NCBI GenBank assembly: GCA_043825875.1
Contig: JBDRRF010000103.1
Location: forward strand, 48,150 to 112,149
Reading direction: 5' to 3'
Source of the DNA: Pseudomonadota bacterium
GTDB lineage: Bacteria > Desulfobacterota > Desulfobacteria > Desulfobacterales > RPRI01
Length of the DNA stretch: 64,000 nucleotides
In this document: positions 1 to 9,724 of the stretch, one piece after another
Numbering within the stretch: position 1 is the first letter of the stretch
Layout: every line of letters begins with the position of its first letter
The notes under the pieces: generated by a model
What the model was told of the DNA's origin: nothing
Database searches by the model: none
The model's input: only the letters and a program-made list of their open reading frames with translations
Program-made: the position numbers and the translations under genes

Positions 1-644
1 GCAAGACGTCCCAAAGGAACTTTCAATGCCATCTCCTGCATCCCTTTCTCGCCAAGAATACGCCGTGTGAGGTCTGTGGAGACAAACCCGGGGGAAACTG
101 TGTTTACAAGAATATTGTACTTCGCTAGATCCAAAGCTGTTGCGGCAGTAAGTCCTCTAACTCCAAACTTCGTGACAGAGTATGCCGCCCGTTTCTCTTT
201 ACTGATGACGCCAAAAATGGAACCAATGTTAACAATACGACCGTAACTATGTTTTTTCATGACCCGGCTGACTGCGCGTGTCACCAGAAACGGAGCATCG
301 AGGTTGACGCGAAGAACGTCCAGCCAATCTGTTTCTTGTATTTCATCGATGGGGTTGATCCGGTTGATACCGGCATTATTGATACAAATATCAATACGAT
401 CATAGACTTCAATTTCTCGGAAAAATTTTTTTACGCTCTCAGCGTTCATGAAATCAACGGCATGCCAGTGGCGGGGCGATTTCCGACGGCGTCCAGCTTG
501 GTTCAGTTTAGCAATCTCCTCTGGGTTGGTCCCGGTCAGGATTAATTCGGCACCTAGCCTTCCCATATCATCGGCAATTTGTTTACCGATGCCCCGTGTC
601 GCCCCGGTGACAAGAGCTATTCGTCCTTTAAAACTTATTTGCAT
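1..644 (-). CDS. Short-chain dehydrogenase/reductase (FabG-like), 3-prime end cut by window edge
   Basis: Not in the ORF track because it is open at the window edge. Reverse translation from ATG at 644-642 gives MQISFKGRIALVTGATRGIGKQIADD..., followed by NNAG and YSVTK (YxxxK) SDR motifs. Confidence 0.85.
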   Translation of the reverse strand, partial: MQISFKGRIALVTGATRGIGKQIADDMGRLGAELILTGTNPEEIAKLNQAGRRRKSPRHWHAVDFMNAESVKKFFREIEVYDRIDICINNAGINRINPIDEIQETDWLDVLRVNLDAPFLVTRAVSRVMKKHSYGRIVNIGSIFGVISKEKRAAYSVTKFGVRGLTAATALDLAKYNILVNTVSPGFVSTDLTRRILGEKGMQEMALKVPLGRL

Positions 645-656
645 GATATTAATTTC

Positions 657-1568
657 TCATTTCTGCAAGACCTTCAACAAATTACTGACAGCCTCATTTT
701 CCATGTTTTGCCGACATTCGGCAGTATAAGAACCGATGTGAGGCGTAAGGACAACATTTTCATAACTGCAAAGAAGTCCTTCGTAAGGTTCTTTTTCAAA
801 GGTATCGAGCCACGCCCCAGCGACAATCCCTTTATCGAGGGCATTTATGAGGGCTTTTTCCGATATGATGCTTCCCCTTGCGGCATTAAGAAGCAGTGTG
901 CCGCTCTTCATAAGTGAGAAGGCTGCTGCATCGAAAAGACATTCGTCGCCGCTGGTGTGGATGGTAATGATATCGGCCTGTGAAAGCGCTTCTTCCATCG
1001 GCAATAGTGGACAAGGTAAGGTAAGCGATTTAACCAGGAAAGGATCAACAGCAATTAGTTGCGCCCGGAAGGGTGCCAGCAATTCCGCCACGCGCCGCCC
1101 GATGCGGCCAAAGCCGATAATGGCAATGGTCTTGCCTTCGATCTGCCCCCCTATTTTTCTTACCCATTTCCGATCATGAAGGGCTTGATGTGATTGCGGA
1201 AGCCAACGGAGCAGGGTGACAAGCGCACCCACCGTCAACTCAGCTACAGCGCTAGTGGGACCATCAGGCGTATTGAAAACCGCTATATTCAGTTCTTTTG
1301 CCGCTTCAATATCCACATTGTTCATGCCCGCACCAACCCTGGAAATACATTTCAAATGTGACTGTGAAAGCACATCGCGATCCAGCGGTTCCAACCCGGC
1401 CAAAATGCCTACAACATCTTCTTTCAGGAGCGTGTGCAATTCTTCCCTAGTCATTTTTCTTTTGAAGCGGTTGTCTATAACAGTGAAACCAGCCGCTAAA
1501 AGCCTATCCAAAGGTTTTTTGTCTGATTCGGCAAAGGATGATGGGCCGATGAGAATCTTTGATGTCAT
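657..1568 (-). CDS. D-isomer-specific 2-hydroxyacid dehydrogenase (phosphoglycerate dehydrogenase-like)
   Basis: 303-aa ORF with NAD-binding motif IGFGRIGRRVA. LLNAARG and TPHIGSYT segments are typical of the D-2-HADH family. Confidence 0.85.
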   Translation of the reverse strand: MTSKILIGPSSFAESDKKPLDRLLAAGFTVIDNRFKRKMTREELHTLLKEDVVGILAGLEPLDRDVLSQSHLKCISRVGAGMNNVDIEAAKELNIAVFNTPDGPTSAVAELTVGALVTLLRWLPQSHQALHDRKWVRKIGGQIEGKTIAIIGFGRIGRRVAELLAPFRAQLIAVDPFLVKSLTLPCPLLPMEEALSQADIITIHTSGDECLFDAAAFSLMKSGTLLLNAARGSIISEKALINALDKGIVAGAWLDTFEKEPYEGLLCSYENVVLTPHIGSYTAECRQNMENEAVSNLLKVLQK

Positions 1569-1597
1569 TTCTGGTAACGCTCCATATTATCCGATAT

Positions 1598-2209
1598 TTA
1601 TTTCAGCTTTAACTGAAACCAATGGGCCAGAATGTGGTTAAGAACGAGATGAGCATCCTCCACCGGACCATATTCTCCAGATTCCGATTTCACATGAACA
1701 ACAACGTCAGAAATTTCCTTTAATTTGCCGCCCGTAAACCCGACAAAACCTATGACGCATCCGCCTTGCTTCTTTACCCATTCCGCTGCTAAAACAACGT
1801 TGGGAGAATTACCGCTTGCGGAGATAGCTAAGAACTTATCTCCTTGGCGATAGTGGATCTTCAGTTGATTCAAGAAAACATACTCATACCCAACATCATT
1901 GGCGATTGCCGTCAACACTGATGTGTTGTCGTTCAAGGCAAAAACCCGGAAAGGTTTTTTCGTACCGGTCTTCTTAATCACATCGAAGCCGAGATCATTG
2001 GCCATACTTGTTGCCGTGGTGGCGGATCCGCCATTACCGGCAATAAAGATTGTGTTCCCGTTCAGCTGCGCCTCTTCAAATGTTGCCACCAAAGAATCGA
2101 TAGCTTTTGCGTCTATGGCGTCCAGGACTTGCTTTAAATAATTAAAATATCCTTTGGCAAATTCTCCCGGGCTTATTGATTGATGGGCTAACTGATCGAC
2201 ATGGTTCAT
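1598..2209 (-). CDS. SIS-domain sugar-phosphate isomerase (GmhA/DiaA-like)
   Basis: 203-aa ORF. IFIAGNGGSATTATSMANDL and ISASGNSPNV are the typical SIS/phosphoheptose isomerase signatures. Confidence 0.8.
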   Translation of the reverse strand: MNHVDQLAHQSISPGEFAKGYFNYLKQVLDAIDAKAIDSLVATFEEAQLNGNTIFIAGNGGSATTATSMANDLGFDVIKKTGTKKPFRVFALNDNTSVLTAIANDVGYEYVFLNQLKIHYRQGDKFLAISASGNSPNVVLAAEWVKKQGGCVIGFVGFTGGKLKEISDVVVHVKSESGEYGPVEDAHLVLNHILAHWFQLKLK

Positions 2210-2232
2210 TCTGTGTTTATCTCCTGACTTTT

Positions 2233-3261
2233 TTATATTTTTATATTAAAGGCTTCTTGCCACGACTGATCGGCACAATAAATCCGATAAACCATTTCCA
2301 TAACCTTCAGGGCATCTGAGCTGTTGCCGTTATCGACACTTTTATTCTGAATGATGACATCTGCAAATTCATTAATCTCATCCCGCCACGAGTTGTCTTC
2401 TAAATACAAATTGGTTATTTCGTGAAAAGAACCTTTATCAGATCCATTATTCCTCGGAACGATTTTTAATTTTTCCTCGCCATAACTTTTCGAGCCGGAT
2501 AAAATCCCAGTCAACTCAATCAAGGCCTCCCGCAACGTTATCTCCAATCTGAATTTATGTTGCCACTGCGTCGCCGTTGAATGGATCATGGCCACACAAC
2601 CATTATTACTTCTCATGATCGCATAGGCATTGTCTTCCACATCATGCCGCCAATAATCGTTGGAAACAAAACTCTTGATCTCTTCGAAATCCCCGGCAAA
2701 GTAGCGTATCATATCCAGCATATGAATGCCCTGGTCAAGCAGGATACCGCCGCCGGCATATTTTCTTTCGGAACGCCAACCGGAATCGAAGGGAATGATG
2801 CTGCTTTTACCATAAATTCCCCGAATATTGATAATCTCTCCATATTGCTTTGAATCGATAATCTTTTTTGCTTCTGCCACAGAGGCATGGTACCTGTGAT
2901 TAAAACCATATTTAAGTTTCAATCCCGCGTTTTTAACCTCTACATTGATTACGTCTTTGATATCCTGGACACTGCGCCCCGGCGGTTTTTCACAAAAGAC
3001 ATGCAAGCCCTTCTCCAAACCGTCGATGGTGGCTTCTGCAGCAAGATAATTGGGCAGGCTCACGAAGAGGACATCAAGATTCTGTTCAAAAAGTTTGTGG
3101 TATTTATCAAAACAAGACACTCCATCCGGTAGAACTCCATCACCTGCAAAACTCACATCACTCACGGCAACCGTGGTTAAATATGGATTTGCGTCAATGA
3201 AGGCCTTTCGCCTCTTGCCAACCACACCGTAACCGGCTATTCCTACCTTTAATTTTTCCAT
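2233..3261 (-). CDS. Gfo/Idh/MocA family NAD(P)-dependent oxidoreductase
   Basis: 342-aa ORF with N-terminal Rossmann motif KVGIAGYGVVGKRR and the EKP motif (VFCEKPPG) of the family. Confidence 0.85.
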   Translation of the reverse strand: MEKLKVGIAGYGVVGKRRKAFIDANPYLTTVAVSDVSFAGDGVLPDGVSCFDKYHKLFEQNLDVLFVSLPNYLAAEATIDGLEKGLHVFCEKPPGRSVQDIKDVINVEVKNAGLKLKYGFNHRYHASVAEAKKIIDSKQYGEIINIRGIYGKSSIIPFDSGWRSERKYAGGGILLDQGIHMLDMIRYFAGDFEEIKSFVSNDYWRHDVEDNAYAIMRSNNGCVAMIHSTATQWQHKFRLEITLREALIELTGILSGSKSYGEEKLKIVPRNNGSDKGSFHEITNLYLEDNSWRDEINEFADVIIQNKSVDNGNSSDALKVMEMVYRIYCADQSWQEAFNIKI

Positions 3262-3265
3262 TTTT

Positions 3266-4249
3266 TTAATTTTTCTGCGCTATGACTCTCATGTGCGAGC
3301 TGAAATTATGTCTACCTATCCAGGACTGGAGATCTTTCTTAGCCTGAGCTGAGCCGTATTTGGAGACCGTGCTGAAAAAACGGCCGGGGTCAAGCGATTC
3401 CTGACGATAACCACTCTCAACGATATCCCAATCCAACTGTCCCGGTGTTGAGACTTCGATCAAGGTAAATCCCATTTTTTCAAGCATCAGGCGAATGGAT
3501 TGGGTATTGAAAAAATTGAGGTGATGGGGCGGCATCACGCTTTTTGATCTTTCCCATAACAGTTGAATGTCAAATCCTAATCCATTCAATGTGGTCAGAT
3601 ACAAATAACCGCCCACATTGAGAAACTGCGAGACTTTCCTGACAAAGGCGGAAGGATCGTGGAGATGTTCGAATAACTCAAAGGCCGTCAACAAATCGAA
3701 TTTATGACAATTAGGATCGATATTTTCCATTGTTGATTCTATGACGGCTAAACCTCTGTCTCTGCAAATTTTTGCCATATCAATCGATGGCTCTATCGCT
3801 ATAATATTTGAATCAGGCCAAATTTTTTTCAATTCCTCCGGAAAGATGCCGAAGCCTGCGCCAATATCACCAATGATTCCTGCTTGTAATTGAGGAAATT
3901 TCTCAGTGATGTATTGCGCCCGTGGCTTGAAGATTTTTTCCCGGCGGGCCTCGGCCATCGGGAGGAAGAATTCCTCAACCCAGAATTTTGTGGATAAAGA
4001 ATCAGTGTAAATCTGCATTAAGTTTTCGTACGTCGGCCTTGGATTGACAAAGAGAGTATCACATTTTGAGCACTGGACGTAATGAAATCCCGATTTGTCA
4101 AATTGCGCCACATTGTGATCGCACCCGCAGGCAGGGCAGCAAATGGTCTGAAATGTTGATTTATCCCGAAAGACAACCTCAGCGTCGATTTCTACCAATT
4201 TGAGATATCGATTAAAGACATCCCTTTTTCTTATTTCATCTTCTTTCAT
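3266..4249 (-). CDS. Class I SAM-dependent methyltransferase with N-terminal Cys4 zinc ribbon
   Basis: 327-aa ORF. CPACGC...CSKCDT zinc-ribbon pair, then SAM motif I GDIGAGFGIF and FELFEHL motif. Confidence 0.8.
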   Translation of the reverse strand: MKEDEIRKRDVFNRYLKLVEIDAEVVFRDKSTFQTICCPACGCDHNVAQFDKSGFHYVQCSKCDTLFVNPRPTYENLMQIYTDSLSTKFWVEEFFLPMAEARREKIFKPRAQYITEKFPQLQAGIIGDIGAGFGIFPEELKKIWPDSNIIAIEPSIDMAKICRDRGLAVIESTMENIDPNCHKFDLLTAFELFEHLHDPSAFVRKVSQFLNVGGYLYLTTLNGLGFDIQLLWERSKSVMPPHHLNFFNTQSIRLMLEKMGFTLIEVSTPGQLDWDIVESGYRQESLDPGRFFSTVSKYGSAQAKKDLQSWIGRHNFSSHMRVIAQKN

Positions 4250-4256
4250 TCTTGCT

Positions 4257-5084
4257 CTATACCTTTAGGTATTTTGCAACAAGAGGATCTCTTTTCAGTT
4301 GCTCTTCTACAAATGTAATATCTCCAGGAACATCAACCCCGTATGATTTGAATTTGGTCTTAACCATTTTAATTCTTCTGCCATGTTCCAGGAGTCTGTT
4401 CATATCAACAGATTCGATTATTTCTAATGGCGTCGGTGATAAATTGATGTATTCTAAAAGTAGGTTTTTTTCGAAAAGAATGATGCCGAGCTGCTTCCAC
4501 ATAGGTAAAACACCACTATAATTTCGTTTTGACGGTATAGGTTCTCTGGAAAAATACAAAACAAAATCATTCAAATCCAAAACGACCTTGATGATATTGT
4601 AGTTGTTGAATTCTTCTTCCGTTTCAATTTTGTTGATCAGGTTTGTAATCTTTAATGTCGGATCATTGATCACCGGGTTAATAAGATCGTTAATCATGCC
4701 CGGCATCAGCATGGGCTCATCGCCCTGAATCATTGCGACATAGTCAACCGCAACGTTCTCTTTCTGCTCAATATTAACGATGGCCTCTGCCGCCCGATCC
4801 GAGGCGCGCTGGTGCGAATCGGCCGTCATGACCGCCTTGCCGCCAATAAAGTTTATATAGTTAAATATTTCCTCATCACAAGTGGCCACCCACACATCGT
4901 CAAGGTGGGAGCACATTTTTGCGCGAAAATAAACATGACCAATCATAGGCATACCAAGGATAGGGGCCATAGGCTTATTGGGAAAACGGGATGCTGCTAA
5001 GCGTGCTGGTATAATAGCTGTAATATTCATAACACTTCTTCGTTTATGTTTCTGAGCCAATATAAGAATCTGACCCATTGCCAC
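4257..5084 (-). CDS. KdsB-like cytidylyltransferase (CMP-ulosonic acid synthetase family)
   Basis: ORF track gives 275 aa from GTG at 5084. The probable start is ATG at 5030 (MNITAIIPARLAASRFPNKPM). An IQGDEPML motif as in CMP-Kdo synthetases is present. Confidence 0.8.
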   Translation of the reverse strand: MAMGQILILAQKHKRRSVMNITAIIPARLAASRFPNKPMAPILGMPMIGHVYFRAKMCSHLDDVWVATCDEEIFNYINFIGGKAVMTADSHQRASDRAAEAIVNIEQKENVAVDYVAMIQGDEPMLMPGMINDLINPVINDPTLKITNLINKIETEEEFNNYNIIKVVLDLNDFVLYFSREPIPSKRNYSGVLPMWKQLGIILFEKNLLLEYINLSPTPLEIIESVDMNRLLEHGRRIKMVKTKFKSYGVDVPGDITFVEEQLKRDPLVAKYLKV

Positions 5085-5367
5085 TGCAGTTTAGTTGGCC
5101 GGTTTTAATCGATATATCCATATTTCCCTTGCTGTGACAATTACTTGACCTCTACAAGGGAGAAGACCTACAAAATTTTGTCTCATACCAATTAGTTTTC
5201 AAACACTAAATAATATTTCAACTGATTTATAATAATAACTGGAAGATAAGCATCATAATAGTTTAATATGTGAAAGCGTATTGGTATCATGTTGTTGAAG
5301 GGGAAATCATATGTGCCTTTTTGCATACCACGAAGTCAAAAAGTTACACAAAATATCCAAAAAAAAT

Positions 5368-5976
5368 TTATGGAAACTTAAAATAATGTTTAGAAAAATT
5401 TATTAATTTTCTACTGCCAATCACTCTGGCTGGATTACTTGTAACAATTGAATATGGAGGGAAAACACCTGAAACAAATGAGCCTGCAGCTATAATCGAA
5501 CCATAACCAATTTTTGTGCCGGTTAGTATAATGCAGTTCGCCCCAATCCAAACATCACCCTCTATAACTATACTTGCTTCCTCTTTATCTTCACTAAATA
5601 CCTTCTTTGCAAGATGACCTTGGTGGATGAAGGGTGTAGTTGAATCAGAATAGTCATGGTTTGAAGCTCTTATGAAAACCCCGCTCGCTATGTGCACGTC
5701 GGCCCCTATTATTATGCCAAAGCTATCATTAGGATCAAGAATAGAGTTACGTCCAATCGAAAACGAGTCACCAATTTTCAGTTTAGCATCATTGTAGATA
5801 AAAGTATTTGGGGAAATATGCGGATTCTTGCCGAGATTACCGCTTAATTTCATTCTGAAATAGGATTCTCTTAATTGTCGGCCAATTCTCGTTTCAGGGT
5901 AAAAGATTACGAATACTTCAATCAGCCCAACTATTTCATCCTTTATAGATCTTAGAATACGTCTAATCATCATCAA
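5368..5976 (-). CDS. Left-handed beta-helix (hexapeptide repeat) acyl/acetyltransferase
   Basis: 202-aa ORF with hexapeptide repeats (IGDSFSIGRNSIL, IGADVHIASGVFI, VWIGANCIILTGTKIGYGSIIAAGS). Its start overlaps the stop of the upstream rSAM gene. Confidence 0.8.
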   Translation of the reverse strand: MMMIRRILRSIKDEIVGLIEVFVIFYPETRIGRQLRESYFRMKLSGNLGKNPHISPNTFIYNDAKLKIGDSFSIGRNSILDPNDSFGIIIGADVHIASGVFIRASNHDYSDSTTPFIHQGHLAKKVFSEDKEEASIVIEGDVWIGANCIILTGTKIGYGSIIAAGSFVSGVFPPYSIVTSNPARVIGSRKLINFSKHYFKFP

Positions 5977-7585
5977 TGACCACCATGTCTTTAATGTTTC
6001 GCAATTGTTCTGATATGTCAGACGAATGACTAAAGCAGCTTAGATTATCTTCTCTGGTGATCTTGTCAATTATATGCTGATAGTAAGATATTTGTTCCCA
6101 AGAAAATGATCTGCTTCTGAGATAAATTAGATACCAAAGCCCAAGATCCGAATCAACATATAGACAATTATTGATTTTATCATGCATATATAGTTTCATT
6201 CTTGATGCTTCATCACTTGACATCGTCTCATGAATCCATTTAAATCCTTCACCTTCAAGTCCATATTTTCCCCTCTGCAAATGAACAGGTGAATTATGGA
6301 GATAATAAAATTCCTTGAGCGAATAATAATCGAGACCGGATCGATTTATGAAGTTTATCGTGTTATTAATTGTATTTTCTGTTTCCATTGGAAATCCTAC
6401 TATAAACGATGCAAAAGTAGTTATTCCGTGCTTTTTTATGGACTCAATGCCCTTTTCATAGTTGCCAATATTGGCTTTTTTGTTCATCCGCATAAGGATA
6501 TCATTATCGCCCGATTCTAATCCAAGGTATACTCCATCACATCCAGAATCCGCCATTTCAGCAGCAATCTCGTCGGTGATAAACTGTGCTCTAAGGAAAG
6601 CATACCATTTAAAATTATGATTATTTAGCCTTTCGAGCAATGTTGAGAAAAATCTTCTTGAAGCATTCAACGTGTCATCTATGAAAACCAAATTTTTTAT
6701 ACCAGCGTCCTCTAAAGTAATAAGTGTTTTTTCGATAAAATCATTTTCTGAGCACTGAAATTGACTAGCCATCGAAGGGTAACTACAAAAAGCACACTTA
6801 AAAGGACACCCTATAGAAACACGTAATTGTATGATATTATTATGGAAAATAGAAATTGACCTTCTAAATACTTCGGGATCAAACCAGGGATTTTGAGCGA
6901 CATCATGGCATCTGTTATTATGAAAGACACCTTGGTCATCCAAGTAAACAAGATTCTTGATACTCCCGAACTCTGATTGCTTATTTATTAAGGTATTATA
7001 AATTTGTACAATTGCGGTATCGGCATCATTTCCATGCAGGATGAATCTAATACCATATTTTTTCATGGATTTTTCAAAAGACGCGAATCCCTTCATCCGG
7101 TTCTGGTTATGAACAAAAGCCCCTCCGAGAATAAATATTACATATGGAAAGTCTTTTAATATTTGTTTTGTTATTCTCTTAATTTCAGACCATTGTAAAA
7201 TGAAAGTGGTCGATATGCCTACTATCTGGATATCAGTGTCCGATAAGAGATTCTTTAGCACATCATATTCAGCATCAAAATCGTTTATTATGTTACATTC
7301 CACGCCCTCCATAAGCAGATGCTGGATCGATAATATCCCATTCAGTGACGGCATATTCCAGATGGAAAAAAATTTACGCCTTTCAGAATAGGATGCCTCG
7401 CTGAAATATTTTCCAAAGTAAATACGGTTGAGTACATCCAAATGAGTTCTAAAGCCGTTTTCATAATATACCATCCTAAGCTGGACAAGATGCCTGTATA
7501 GCTCAATTCGATTTATATCGAGATCTTTATAACCCTCTTGTACGTTCTCAGAAGATGAAATTATTATAAATGGTGATTTTTTCAT
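5963..7585 (-). CDS. B12-binding-domain radical SAM enzyme (class B)
   Basis: 540-aa ORF. N-terminal B12-binding-like Rossmann segment (VGISTT...ILGGAFV) and CxxxCxxC cluster motif CPFKCAFCSYP. The ATG overlaps the ACP stop (ATGA). Confidence 0.85.
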   Translation of the reverse strand: MKKSPFIIISSSENVQEGYKDLDINRIELYRHLVQLRMVYYENGFRTHLDVLNRIYFGKYFSEASYSERRKFFSIWNMPSLNGILSIQHLLMEGVECNIINDFDAEYDVLKNLLSDTDIQIVGISTTFILQWSEIKRITKQILKDFPYVIFILGGAFVHNQNRMKGFASFEKSMKKYGIRFILHGNDADTAIVQIYNTLINKQSEFGSIKNLVYLDDQGVFHNNRCHDVAQNPWFDPEVFRRSISIFHNNIIQLRVSIGCPFKCAFCSYPSMASQFQCSENDFIEKTLITLEDAGIKNLVFIDDTLNASRRFFSTLLERLNNHNFKWYAFLRAQFITDEIAAEMADSGCDGVYLGLESGDNDILMRMNKKANIGNYEKGIESIKKHGITTFASFIVGFPMETENTINNTINFINRSGLDYYSLKEFYYLHNSPVHLQRGKYGLEGEGFKWIHETMSSDEASRMKLYMHDKINNCLYVDSDLGLWYLIYLRSRSFSWEQISYYQHIIDKITREDNLSCFSHSSDISEQLRNIKDMVVIDDD

Positions 7586-7827
7586 TTGGGGTTAATTTTT
7601 TTCATCAGATAATCTACAAACTGCCCAACATTCTGGATTTCCATTACATCCTCAGTTTTGAATGCAACATTAAACTTTCGCTCAATTGCAAGAAGCAACT
7701 GAATATGCATGAGTGAATCCCATTCTTCAATATCGTTAGCTGTCATCTCATCGAATATTTCTATGGAGTTATCATCGAATACTTCTCTAAATATTGATTG
7801 TAAATCACGCTTGACACTGTCCCGCAT
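7582..7827 (-). CDS. Acyl carrier protein
   Basis: 81-aa acidic ORF with phosphopantetheine attachment motif EEWDSLMHIQLL (DSL). Confidence 0.75.
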   Translation of the reverse strand: MRDSVKRDLQSIFREVFDDNSIEIFDEMTANDIEEWDSLMHIQLLLAIERKFNVAFKTEDVMEIQNVGQFVDYLMKKINPK

Positions 7828-9724
7828 AGTGGTTCTCCCTTGTATTATTATTTTTTTTCATATCTTCTATAACATGTTTCTTATAAACAATATCCCCCAT
7901 TTTGATTGAATAAAAAATGCCACCCCCTGATAACTTGCTAAGTTCAGATGGAATATCTTTTAACGGCTTGAATCCAAGGGAGGGTAGAAATTCATTGACA
8001 ACTTTGTTTTTCTCTGTTGGAATAAACTCTCCTACGATGCAAGATATTTCATTCCATGTTTTTACTTTTTCAGTGATTTTATTGAACATAGCATGCTCAA
8101 CACCCTTGTTAAAGGCTCTGCAACTCAAGACCCAAGTATCGATAAATGCCATGTTCTTTAACTTCCTTAAAATTAAGCAAGTTATAATTCCAAAATTGCT
8201 AAATTTGTCCTTGAGTTCACCTAAAAGAAGAATAAATTGTGATGCATCATTCATTATTTTTTGAATATCACCTTTGCTATATCTTTTTGTTCTCAGATTG
8301 AATTGGTTTGTTTTGTTAATAAGTTGGACAAATCTTGCCAAGCTCTGTTCAGAAGGCTCATTGATCCTGATCTCCATTTCAAGTGATTTTAGAAAAGAAT
8401 TATAATCTGTGTGTTCCTTCCTGATCTCTTCACGCTGGTAGTTTGTTACATATGTTTCAGTCCGCTCAATATCCTCCTTTGTAAGTTGAATCCAATCAAA
8501 ATAAGCACCCCTATCAAGGATTTTTGTATAATACGCTGGTTCATCATCCACAGGGACAACAGTCACTTCTGGCAGGTATCTCTTTACAAGCTCTCTTTCT
8601 GCTGGATTGTCATCAAAGAAAACTAAAGAATCAATCCCAATATTTAACTGCTTGGCGATGCTTCTTATGTTACTGACCTTGTCATCCCAGTTGGCCACAA
8701 AACAACAAATATCATCGAGTTTGAGAATCATCTGTTCATGTTTGAGAAAAGGAATCTTAGCCATATCCTCGTTATTTTTACTGCAAACCGCGAGCATTAC
8801 ACCCCTTTCTCTGAGCTTTTTTATATATTTCTGAAATGAGAGATATGCCTCACCAACCGCATTATTAGGGTCTAAATTTATTCCCTCAATACCATCATCA
8901 CCTATAACACCGCCCCATAGGGTGTTATCCAAATCTAAAATAAGGCATTTGTTGACCTTGCCTGACGCTGAAGCAACAAGCGATGAAAACAAATTGGCCA
9001 AATGAGGAATCGCATCGAAACTAAAACCTTGCTTACTAAGAAAGTAATTCTTATCATCAAACCATTTGTCCTTACCATAGAGAGCTGAATGATAATCCAT
9101 ATCTATCAGATTAATATGCATAGGTTTATTTGCTATAAGTTGGTAGTTGAAAAGCTTGATGCAAGATGTCTGAGTGAAGATATAATTAGATTCAAGATTA
9201 CCTATCGGCATTTCAGCGGGTATTGCATACAGCGTCTGAAATAAAGTTGATATTTTTGATCCTTTAAGTCTATCCCAAAGTCGAATCCAATCGGATATTT
9301 TATTTTCCGACCACACATCAACACTTTTTTTTGAGGAAAATAAAGGAGGATATTCCTTTATGTCTCGATAATCCGTCAAAATAAAAAGTATATCAGGATC
9401 AAATTTATATAAACCTGAATCGGGATTTAATATTTCATATTCAGTGTTATTGAAGATCCCCTCGTAAAATTCTGGCTGTATTGCTTTATTCAAGAGAAAT
9501 AACTTAAATACATATTGAAAATGCTGAGTAGAATACGAGGCCAAAATGGCGATCTTTTTATAAACCAACTTGTTTCTGTGTTTTGAGATATACAAATCTT
9601 CAATCTTTGAGAATTTCTTATAAAGTGTTAGGAGATCAGAGATATCTCTATTTGAGAAAAAATCTCTTTTATCAAATTCTCTTTCAAAATAAGCCATTCT
9701 TTCATTTACATCATTCATGTTCAT
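7805..9724 (-). CDS. FkbH-like HAD-IIIC phosphatase/acyl-loading enzyme
   Basis: ORF track gives 650 aa from 9757. The probable start is ATG at 9724, overlapping the MaoC stop as ATGA. HAD motif LILDLDNTLWGG, CSKNNE, FFDDNP, and a C-terminal GNAT-like IDTWVLSCRAFNKGVE segment typical of FkbH-domain proteins. Confidence 0.8.
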   Translation of the reverse strand: MNMNDVNERMAYFEREFDKRDFFSNRDISDLLTLYKKFSKIEDLYISKHRNKLVYKKIAILASYSTQHFQYVFKLFLLNKAIQPEFYEGIFNNTEYEILNPDSGLYKFDPDILFILTDYRDIKEYPPLFSSKKSVDVWSENKISDWIRLWDRLKGSKISTLFQTLYAIPAEMPIGNLESNYIFTQTSCIKLFNYQLIANKPMHINLIDMDYHSALYGKDKWFDDKNYFLSKQGFSFDAIPHLANLFSSLVASASGKVNKCLILDLDNTLWGGVIGDDGIEGINLDPNNAVGEAYLSFQKYIKKLRERGVMLAVCSKNNEDMAKIPFLKHEQMILKLDDICCFVANWDDKVSNIRSIAKQLNIGIDSLVFFDDNPAERELVKRYLPEVTVVPVDDEPAYYTKILDRGAYFDWIQLTKEDIERTETYVTNYQREEIRKEHTDYNSFLKSLEMEIRINEPSEQSLARFVQLINKTNQFNLRTKRYSKGDIQKIMNDASQFILLLGELKDKFSNFGIITCLILRKLKNMAFIDTWVLSCRAFNKGVEHAMFNKITEKVKTWNEISCIVGEFIPTEKNKVVNEFLPSLGFKPLKDIPSELSKLSGGGIFYSIKMGDIVYKKHVIEDMKKNNNTRENHYAGQCQA

